From NCBI GenBank assembly GCA_964016885.1, contig OZ024763.1:7688001-7752000 (forward strand): DNA of 64,000 bases, in the 5' to 3' direction. The first letter of the stretch is position 1. Every line of letters begins with the position of its first letter. The stretch comes from Eledone cirrhosa. Its lineage: Eukaryota. A program made the position numbers and the translations under genes. The notes under the pieces are model-generated. The model worked only from the letters and a program-made list of their open reading frames with translations, did not search any database and was not told where the DNA came from. Below are positions 53,561-64,000 of the stretch, in pieces.

Positions 53561-53779
53561 CCCTTTAGCATTTAAACCAGCCATATCTGGCCAGAATTCT
53601 CTCACTTCTTTCTGTTCAAACCGACCGTAACTAGCCACACATACTGATGTTAAGGTATTGTTTTCAACGTAAATAATATCATCATCAAAATCTCAGATTC
53701 GATGTGAATAATTATGTGAGATCAAGTCTTTACTGTGAAAATACAATAGTAGATATAGAGTAATGTGAATGCTAAAGTG
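53561..53779. mobile_element. piggyBac-like non-autonomous MITE
   Basis: TTAA|CCCTTTAGCATT ... AATGCTAAAGTG|TTAA. Confidence 0.75.
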
Positions 53780-54167
53780 TTAAATACACACAAACACACA
53801 CACAAACATACATATACACAGCCTTAATATAAACCAACAATACTTACCATATATATACAGTGTTTTACCATCTCCGGTCAGTTTAAACTGGAGATGGTAG
53901 ACAGCCAGACCAATCTCAGAGATAATATTTACGTTTATGTTGACAGAGGGCAAATGGGTGGGTATTGGTGTGGTCAGCCAGAACAATGACGTCCCCTTCT
54001 TCTGTAAGGTTGCCAGGAGGGGACTGGGTCACTACAAAATCAAAACAATATTTGTTATATGAACAGTGTGTGTGTGTGTGTGTGAGTAGGGGGGTAATTT
54101 TTTGTGTGGGGGTTAATTTAGAGAATATAGGGTTAACATCGTTAACATCAACAATGTGGAGGTAATA

Positions 54168-54422
54168 TGGCTAACATGAAGAGTGTGGTGTGTGTGGATG
54201 TGGGGGGCTAACATGAAGAGTGTGGTGTGTGTGGATGTGGGGGGCTAACATGAAGAGTGCGGTGGCGGGGGGGGGGGGTAAACATGGCGAGAGTGTGATG
54301 GGGGGCAAACATGGCGAGTGTGTGATGGGGGGACAAACATGGCGAGAGTGTGTGTGTGGGGGGACAAACATGGCGAGAGAGTGTGTGTGTGTGTGGGGGC
54401 TAACATGGAGATAGTGTGGGGG
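54168..54422. repeat. Short GT/G-rich minisatellite (aacatg core)
   Basis: A 38-bp unit twice, followed by diverged shorter units. Confidence 0.8.
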
Positions 54423-54510
54423 CTTTTGAACAGGAGGGGATATAGTATGCATGTAGTTGTAGAAGGGTAACATGTGTGTGTAGAGAGAGAGAGAGAGCGA
54501 GAGAGAGAGA

Positions 54511-54720
54511 GGGGCACGTGGCCTAGTGGTAAGGGTTTTGGACTTACAATCATAACATCGTGGGTTCGATTCCTGGGTTCTGTGTTGTGTTCTTGAGCAA
54601 AACACTTCATTTCACGTTGCTCCAGTAAACTCAGCTGAAAATAGATGGGGGTTTAACCCTGCGATGGACTGGCACCCTGTCCAGGGTGGTGTCTTGTACT
54701 CTCAGTCGCTTCATGCCATA
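54511..54720 (+). mobile_element. tRNA-derived SINE, second family
   Basis: A box TGGCCTAGTGG, B box GGTTCGATTCC, central tgttcttgagcaaaacactt domain, 3' cctgcgatggactggcaccctgtccagggt. Confidence 0.85.
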
Positions 54721-55069
54721 ATGCATGGAAAATCTAAGTCGTTTAACTACAGAGGTACAACGTCAAACCATTCTAGCCCATTACTATAAAAAGTTATTTC
54801 AAAAATAAATAGATGATAAATAGAAAAAGAGAAATGGGGAATACATATACATACACAAATATATATATATATATTAATTTATTAAAATAACAGATTAAAG
54901 TTTAAGCAAAGAATAGCTGCTTTCACCCTTAACGGGATCTGTTATTTTAATAAATATTTGCTCTACGGTTCTTATATATTTGATATATATTCATCCTTAT
55001 CGAGCCCTCTTTGGATTTTAGTCTTCAAATTTATTATTATTACTATATATATATATATATATATATAAA

Positions 55070-55115
55070 TAAAAGTGAGTTTTATTATTTATGGAAATAT
55101 AATAATATCCCCCAC

Positions 55116-55170
<55 letters not shown>

Positions 55171-55900
55171 GGGGGATATTATTATATTGCCAGAAATAAT
55201 AAAACTCACTTTTTGGTTTGGGTTGGATTTCACTTCCATATATTTTATATCTATCCCTATAGTTAATTTAACTAGCAATCAATGTTTTATTGATTGACCA
55301 ACAGTTTTATATATATAGTCTCCCAGAGTTCTTTCGTCACACACCTGTGACATCAGTGATATTATTGTTTCTTCCTGTTGTATTGTAATGATGATACAAC
55401 AACCAATCAAAGGCCATAAGAAAGATTAAAGTGGTAGAAAAGCCAGGATCTACTATAAAATCCCTGAATTAGGGAAGCAACTGAAATAGAACCAAGAAAA
55501 CCGAAGTAGAACAGAAAACTTGAATGGAACAACAACAACCATACAAATACACACTAGTGACCAAAGATAGAATACAAACACGAACACAAACCAAACAGAA
55601 AACGCGCATAGAAACACATTCGGAAATCGAGACAAATAAATAAACAATTGAATAAGTAAACATTACAATACAACGGGAGGAAACAATAATATCACTGATG
55701 ATGTCACAAATGTGTGATGAAAGAATTCAGACTATAAATAAGTATATATATATATATAAACAGTTGGTCAATCAATGATAAACATTGATTGCCAGCTAAA
55801 TTAACTATAGGGATGTAGAATATACGGAAGCCAAAGCCAACCCAACCCAAACTGTTTTATTATATATTTCTAGCAATACTATAACAATATGACCCTCCCC
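55070..55900. repeat. Nested inverted repeats: TA-centred palindrome (55070-55212) and ~220-bp arms (55170-55390 / 55661-55900)
   Basis: For example cagtgatattattgtttcttcctgttgtattgtaatg / cattacaatacaacgggaggaaacaataatatcactg. Confidence 0.85.
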
Positions 55901-56123
55901 AAATATAATTTGTTTCGACATGCGATTTCATATAAAAAAACGTTGCAAACAAATTAGTTCGGATCTAGCTGTCGAAACATCTAGCTTCTGTGTTTTTTTT
56001 TCTTTTGTTTTTCCTTTCCCTTTCCTTTATATTATATTATATTATATTATTTATTTGTTTGTGCTTTCGTTCTGTAAATATTGTATTATATTTCTTTTTA
56101 TAAGAAATATAATACAATTTTAA

Positions 56124-56311
56124 GGGCAGTAGATTGGCAGTATCAGTAGAGAGTCGGACACCATGCTTTGCAGTAAAGAGTCACGGCCCTTTACGCTCAG
56201 TTCAAATCCCGCTGAGGTTAACTTTACCTTTCATCCTTACGGGGTCGATAAAATAAAGTACCAGTCATGCACTGGGATAATTGCTGGCCTTGTGCCAAAA
56301 GTAGAAACAAT
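56124..56311 (+). mobile_element. tRNA-derived SINE, near full length
   Basis: Head gggcagtagattggcagtatcagtagag, B box, core and tail. Confidence 0.88.
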
Positions 56312-56409
56312 GATATTTCTTTTTATACAAAATAAAATTTAAATCATCTATAATACTTAGATACAACAATACAATAAAAATATTGCAAATGAGAGGTGTC
56401 ATTTACCTT

Positions 56410-59090
56410 TAATCTCACCTCTTCCCATTAGATCTATATTTTTCTTCTGGAATACTGTATTAACATTTATATTTTCATGTCTATATTATTAAGTATTAAG
56501 GTTGTTATATAATATTTAGAGTACAGTCTACAGACAAGGGGAAGTAGGGAAGGGATAATTATTTAAACACTGATCTCTCAACTCCATCTTTATTTAGCTT
56601 ACCCCAGGGTTTCCCAACCTGGGCGATTTCATATATACGGACACATATATATTCATTAAATAATAGCCCTTCTTTAATATTTAACTCTGCACCTTAAGCA
56701 TTGAGCACACCTCGCTTCGGCTATTGGCGTCTAGTATACTGTACCACACTTTTTTGTCTCCTCTTTTCTTATGATACATATCTTCTCTTTAATATTTATA
56801 TATATATATTTATATATATATACACACATACATGCATAAACACTTCTATGCAAATACTCATACATATATATTAAAAGCACATATATACCAGCATAATAAC
56901 AATTGACAAACCATCAGGACACATGCTTGCTCGTGTGAAAACCGAACTTGCTACTCTACGTACACTGACGGAAACAGATATGTACATAAACACACAAATA
57001 GAACTGGTATGACTTATATAGGTACATCAAAGATTTTGTTCCAATATTGAACCATTCGAGGTAGTTAGAACGAAGTAGCAGTGTAGTACTGGGGTCAATT
57101 CTTCTATATCTCTTTCTTAATTCCTTTCTCTCACTCTATATCCGTCTCAGGAAAACATAACCTATCTGGGGTAGAGATCGGATCTGTCACCTTATACAAA
57201 ATGCCCCGAACACCCCGAATGTCAATGTGGGACCTCTACAACTCCCTCACAAGTTATAGGTCCCTACATACATACATAGAAACATCAGAGATATCTTTTA
57301 TATCTTTCACTCGATAATGCTAGACAAGTATTCCGTGAGTCAGAAAGGAATATTTGCGATATGACGGGAGAACCTCTCTGAATAAATATTAGATAGTTCA
57401 GATGCTACGTAAAGCAGGCGGCGACAACATCGAAGACCAGAGATGCCATGTGGAAATGGACATCGACATAACACACATAGGGTTACCTTATAATCATAGA
57501 CATTTGGGCTTATGAACACACACACACACACACACACATATACATATATACGGGTGCACAGGTGTACGGAGTTCTCATGTCGCCACTAAGGATTCCGCCA
57601 GATGTCCCGTCACACATCGCTACACCTTCCATTAAATGTTGATTAGTAAATATATAGTAAGTATATATCACATGTAAGAGGGAAAGCCATAGCAAGTGTT
57701 GAGGATAAGAGACGTGTGGAATTAATAATAAAAATATTGTTAAAATTATTAATAGTAGTAGTTGTCACAATAAAGTGGGGAGGACAACATTATTATAAAT
57801 ACTTATAATTGTTTCTACTTTAGGCACAAGGCCAGCAATTACCCAGTACATTACTGGTACTTTATTTTATCGACCCCGTAAGGATGAAAGGCGTTGTTTA
57901 GAGGGCGGTGGATTGGCAGTATCAGTAGAGGGTCGGACGCCATGCTTTGACGTATAGAGTTACGGCCCTTGCGATTCTGAGTTCAAATCCCGCCGAAGTT
58001 AACTTTGCCTTTCATCCTTACAGGGTCGATAAAAGAAAGTACCAGTAATGTACTGGGTAATTGCTGGCCTTGTGCCAAACGTAGAAACAATTATTATAAA
58101 TACTTATATACACACAAGCTTAAACAGGTATACATACGTACGCTTATCTAGACTCGTACGTACATAAACGTTTATAAATAAAAGCCGAAGCTGATAAAAA
58201 GAACATAGCTTACCATATCGAATTTGGAAGGATGCACATAACGTTGCTTCAACATGGTCCCATCATCATTTGCTGATACGATTATTGCATACGCAACACA
58301 AGTTTAAAGGGCTATCTGTTTAGAAACCATCAAGCCAGGCCACCATCTAGACACTGAGGTATGACAGTTGAAGGACATCAGGTGGTTATAACTTCAAATC
58401 AAACCAAAAGATATAAAAATAAAATCATGATATATTTTCTGAAAACTACAGAATAGTAAAAGACATGTCGACACCTTTGCGGTATTAATAAGACTGAGAA
58501 AGGTATGAAGGCCACCACGTCAATTAAGCTTCGAAAATAGAAAGTAGGTTTATATATCTATTAATTTTCATTTTCTTCCCCAATTCTGTATTTTGAAGTG
58601 CTTTCATTATTTTAAATATTTCTATCATGTCACTCGTTTGATTAATCTCCTCCAAAGTTGTAATTCTATGTGTTTGTCCTTGGTATAGTGAACTAATGTT
58701 GATATTTTCAAGTCTTGACATTTATATGGAATAGTGTACTAATATTTAAATAGTCTTTATATTTTTATCCTGCTCCCCTAAGATTTATCTCCTCTAAATT
58801 TACAAAAGTTCACATTTCTTTCACAAGATAGATCCTTAAATAATTATAGTGTTTTCTGTTTTCTTCTTCTCTTGGTTGCTTCATGAGCCTCACCGTTTTT
58901 GCGGATGTCGGTTGACAATTTTCTCAGTGGTATCATACATATTCATCTAGAGTTTTAAATTTTTCAGCAATTAGCTAGGGAACAGAATGTTTTATTATTT
59001 CTATTATCCGTCTCCCTCTTTTGCTTCAACATGGTTAACCATATTTCAATTCATATTCACAATTCTTCTGTGAGGGGTATAAGAAGCTCG
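56410..59090 (+). repeat. Diverged segmental copy of ~12250-14530 joined to ~16090-16630 (includes a CR1 remnant at 58570-59075, minus strand)
   Basis: Colinear similarity. The junction ttaattttc|attttcttcccc at ~58570 deletes both RNA cassettes. Confidence 0.75.
57808..58089. mobile_element. Back-to-back SINE dimer (57808-57892 -, 57901-58089 +) within one 19-bp TSD
   Basis: TSD attattataaatacttata at 57789-57807 and 58090-58108. Paralogous sites at ~14042 and ~63454 are empty. Confidence 0.9.
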
Positions 59091-60045
59091 TTTTTTGCTC
59101 CACATTCGATACCAAATCATGCTTCCTTTTTATAACTTCGTTGTACAAATATAATAATTAAAGTATATATATATATATATATATATATAAGCAATGTATA
59201 TATATATATATATAGCTTCTTATTAACTCTTTCCCGAAACATTTATTTCTTCAAAATAAGGTAAGACATATCCCGAATAATATTGTAAGGTGTCTCAATA
59301 ATTATTTCATTTCAATCAATTTTTCATTTCAGTTTTCTTTAGAAATATCTTGGCGTTGAAGATTTGTCCTTCTCATAGTAATTAGCTTGTCTCAAAATTG
59401 TTCGCAGTGTTTCCATGTTTAGTGACACAAACTATCGTTAATTCTAATGTAATAAATGTTACTTTTAAAAGAGTGAAGCTCTCAATTTTTTCTTTCTTTT
59501 GTATATTGATATCTAATGAATGACAAATGTATGTTATGTGATAGGAGAAAACACACACAGCCTTCTTCCCTCGCTATAGAAGGCTAACTGACAATGTCGT
59601 TCGTAGGAGTAACAAGTCACCTCTTACTGCCTTTTATATACCATGTGAACTGGAAAGATTTGCCAAGTATGGATACACTCTCTCCTTATCAATATTGTCC
59701 GAGTCCGAGGACATTTTCTCTCTGGTTAAGGAGTGAGAAGAAATATTAAGGATCAATCTCTAGCAATAATTTAATTAAATTATATTTAACCAAAGCTGTT
59801 ATGTCGTGGTTGTTGTTATATTTTATAGTCGTGGTTTCAATGTTTATCAGGGGTTGTAGAATTAGTTTTATCAAATTATTATCAAACAAAAATGATGTAT
59901 ATATTGTCGTTGTACGTTGAAATCACATATATAGATTTATATACACACCAAGGATGGAGGGAAGACGGAATTGAAAACCATTATTGCTGAGCACAACATT
60001 GCAGGATCAAATATAACACACACACACACATATATATATATAATC

Positions 60046-60826
60046 AGGTATGACCATTGATGAATGTCCCTGCAGATCATCAGGTTGTAGGATGAAATCA
60101 ACCCTAGAGAAATGATAAGGTATATTTTACGGAAGCTCGCGAAGAATAAAAATGAAAATGAACCATTTTGAATTAATATCATTGGGAAAGCCATGAAGGC
60201 CACCACATCAATTTTTCTTTTAAATAGAAAGTAGGTTTATAAATTTTAATTTTGATAGTAATTTTGTAGTTGTCTCGGTAGCCTAGTGGTAGGTGTTGGG
60301 ACAGTGGTGATGCTGGTCTGGGGTTCAATCTCAGTCAGGAATCTCTCGAGAAATTTAATTTTTTTTAATTTTTCATAAAATGAACGAAAAATAGAGGTTG
60401 CAGGAATCTGACTGAGGTCGAACCCCAGACCAGCACCTCCATCACCTCTAATACTTACCACTAGTCTACGGAGGCGGTTATAAAAACTAACTGAAAATTA
60501 ATATTTATAAACCTACTTTTTCAATTTTTTATAAAAACAAAATTTCTGTACAAGGTTTTCATGTACACCTGACAGAGATCGAACCCCTAATCAATATCAC
60601 CACTGTCTCTAATGTCTACCACCAGACCACTGAGACGGTTATGAAATCGCAGTGAAAATTAATATTTATAAAACTACATTTTGTTCGGTTGAAAACTCGA
60701 TGTAGTGGCATTCATGGCTTTTTCGGGACGTCCTTGAATTCATAAAGTAAATCTAGACTTTATTTCTCATTGCTCTAGGCTTGATTTGAACCTACAACAA
60801 CTCCGTCTGCAATAATGTCATACCTC
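60046..60826. repeat. Palindrome 7 with cassettes 60272-60366 (+), 60387-60475 (-) and 60534-60636 (-)
   Basis: Paralog of palindrome 2; consensus A box TAGCCTAGTGG at 60279. Confidence 0.88.
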
Positions 60827-61990
60827 ATTCCAGCTTAGTACGTCGTACCCGTAAATTGTTAAACGTGGTTCCTATATATACATGCAAGTAAGATTTGAAC
60901 CTACAATGCTGTGCTTAATTTCTATTAATAAGTGTGTTTTATAAAAGAAAGTAAAGAAACAATTTAATGAAAGTAAAAAATTTATTTTATTCAGGAATGT
61001 TTTTATTTTATTTTATGTATTCACTTCATTAACTGCTGAATAGTTCTCTTGTTTTTGTTTTTGTTTGTTCTTACCATTGTTTACTGTAAATGGTGACTGT
61101 GATGAGACTGGATTATTACCAAGTTTTACTGGATGATGGCATTTCCTTATTTTGTTGTCAGTGGACATCTCTCTAAATACCTGGAATAAACATATGGTGT
61201 GTCTTTTACGTAACATTTCATTTAATATCTGATGTTCCAATGGATTACTTTTAAAATAAAACCAATAAACAGCACAGGTAGACTCCATCAAAAGAGACCA
61301 CAGAGATGAGGTACGAATAATCTAAAATTAATTTTTAAAAAAAGACAATGTTTAAAGAAAGACAAACATTAAAAAAATATTTCCAACAAACACGTAAAGA
61401 CAAAGACAATTACATCCACAATTTAATATCTGAAGATCAACATTTTTCACGATATAAATAAAACTAAATATGTAAAGTTAAGTGACCTCTCATTTATTTG
61501 CTCTAACTTTATTTTACTAATCTGTATTCTGTAGACATATATTTTCGTTGGTGTACATTACGATTTCGTTGATGAAAGTTTTCACTCGTCTTTAGATCTT
61601 TATTTCTTATAAAAGTTATAATACTCACCTCCTCTCATTAGATCTCTATTTTACTTCTGGAATACTGTATTAACATTTATATTTTCATCTCGATATTATT
61701 AAGTATTAAGGTTGCCATGTATTACAATACAGTATATAAACAAGGGAATATGAGGAGGGGTAATCATTTAAAAACAGCTAACCGCACACTCTGTGTATTT
61801 AGATTACACCAGGGTGTCCCATGGGCGATTTCATATTTACATACACACATATATATACAAGTTATTGATTACAGGGTCGGGCTAGATCGATACAGAACGA
61901 ACCTTAAGTTGATGAATAGCGAAACGCGCGCCACGAATCAATAAACGTAATGAATGTGTACCCATTCGTCCTTATTTTATTATATATATA

Positions 61991-62021
<31 letters not shown>

Positions 62022-62025
62022 CTTA

Positions 62026-62069
<44 letters not shown>

Positions 62070-64000
62070 TAATTTATTTATTTCCACCTGGAGTTTCGAC
62101 CGATAGATAGTATTAGCAATTGGAAAGACCAGTGGAAACATTGTTTCGTCGGTCCGATCTGACGAAGGTCGATCGACTGTCTATATATGTATATACATAC
62201 ACATACATTCATATTTACTCACTTTTATGTAAATATATATACATATTAAAAACACATACCATATACCAGCTTAAAAACGATTGACTAACCATCAGGACAC
62301 ATGCTTGCTCTTGTTAAAATTTCACAGAGATACTTATGAAAACCGAACTTGCAACGCCACGTACACTTACATACACACACCTGGACATACACAGACGTAT
62401 AGAAAAGGTATGACTTATATAGGTACATCAAAGTTAATGTTCCACTATAGCACCATTCGAGGTAGATAAAACGAAGTACCAGTGTAGTACTGGAGTCGAT
62501 TCTTCTTCTATATCTCTTTCTTACTTCCTTTCTCCTACTTTCTCTCCTTCTCTGGTAAATATCTCCTGTGATCAGATCTAGGGTAGAGATGGGATCAGTC
62601 AGCTTTTACAGAATACCCAAGACACCCCGAATATCAACGTGGGATCACCAAGACTCCCTCGCAAGCTATACATCCCTACATACATAGCAACATCAGACAG
62701 ATCCTTTATGTAGATCACTTTTACTCGATGATGGAAGACAAGTTTTCAGTGAGTCAGAAAGGAATATTTGCGATATGAAGGGAGAACCTCTCTGAATAAA
62801 TATTAGATAGTTAAGATGCTACGTAAAGCAGGCGGCGACAACATCGAGGACCAGAGATGCCATGTGGAAATAGACATCGACATATAAATATACAAAGATA
62901 GGGGGACCTTATCATCATAGACACTTGGGCTTATGAATACACAAATATATATTTATATACATACATACATACATACATATATATACATGTGTGGGGGGGG
63001 GGCGGGGGCTCCTGCAGGACTAGAACGGTTTCATTCGGAAGAAATCAAGGGCTTTCCTGATGATTTTTTCCGAATGAAACAGTTCTAGTCCTGTAGAAGC
63101 CATTTCTATATTAAATATTATTTATTAAGTATTTATAATCTGCTATGTAATGAGTACCTTACTTACTGTGGTTACCGCCGATTGAACCCGGGATAAACAT
63201 ATATATATATATACGGGTGCACAGGTGTACGGTGTCCTGAAGTTAACACTAAGGATTACGCTCGATGTCCCGTCACACATCACTACATCTTCGAGTAAAT
63301 GTTGATTAGTAAATAAATCGTGTATCTCACATGTAAGAGGAAAACTATAGCAAGTGTTGAGGATAAGAGACGTGTGAAAATAATAATAATAATAATAATA
63401 GTGTTACAATTATTAATAGTAGTAGTTGTAATAATAAAGTGAGGGGGGACAACATTATTATAAATAGTTATGTACACACAAGCTTACACAGGTACACATT
63501 CGTACACGTATTTACACAAACGTTTATAAATAAAAGACGAAGCTGATAAAAAGAACATATATTACCGTATCGCGTTTGGAACGATACACTTGACGTTGAG
63601 TTCTTGAATCTGATCCCATCACCGGTTGCTGATACCATTATTGCACACACAACACAAGTTTAAAGAGCTGCCTGTTTAGAAACAATATTTCCAGGCCACC
63701 ATCTACTCACTAAGGTATGACAGCTGAAGGACATCACTGGATATCAGCTGGTCGTTGGATGAAATAAACCTAGTGATAAGAATAAAAGTCATGATATATT
63801 TTCTGAAAACTCGAGAAAAGTAAAAACCATGGCGACTTGTTTGTGGTATTAAAAAGACTGAGAAAGCCATGAACACCACCACGTCAATTAAGCTTCGAAA
63901 ATAGAAAGTAGGTTTATATATATTAATTTTCAGTATATTTTTATATCCGTCTCGTTGGCCTATTGGTAGGTGTTAGAGACGGTGAAGATCGAGGTTTGGG
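60150..64000 (+). repeat. Recent segmental duplicate of ~10250-14600
   Basis: Long near-identical stretches, e.g. ORF pairs 12349/61717, 12887/62281 and 13874/63283; offset ~49.4 kb. Confidence 0.95.
63711..64000 (+). repeat. Palindrome 8 left arm; cassette starts at 63949 and is truncated by the window edge
   Basis: Near-identical to 14310-14600. Confidence 0.88.

Noticed and set aside
54511-54580. tRNA gene
   Set aside because: The tRNA-like head continues directly into SINE body sequence and lacks an acceptor stem.

Overview
AT-rich eukaryotic, repeat-dense DNA with no supportable intact protein-coding gene. The SINE, RTE-tail and MITE repertoire resembles octopus/cephalopod repeats (inference from recalled families). 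About 24 kb is satellite: a 79-bp minisatellite (~1.97-6.6 kb), polypurine GA tracts (30.3-31.5 and 32.3-48.4 kb) and a 24-32-bp modular minisatellite (49.3-51.6 kb). All very long ORFs in the track are artefacts of these repeats. Most of the remainder is a segmentally duplicated array with a ~3-4.2 kb unit. Each unit holds a long imperfect palindrome whose two arms each carry a tRNA-like, Pol III-type cassette (upstream TATA-like block, A box, B-box-like motif inside a hairpin, oligo-T), with the two cassettes converging on a short spacer. The unit also has a conserved ~150-bp block and either a CR1 LINE remnant or Penelope-like remnants. The palindromes show a flipped centre between two copies and variants shared by both arms of one unit. 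This candidate array of paired small-RNA genes is the most interesting signal. All alignments were done by eye and boundaries are approximate.
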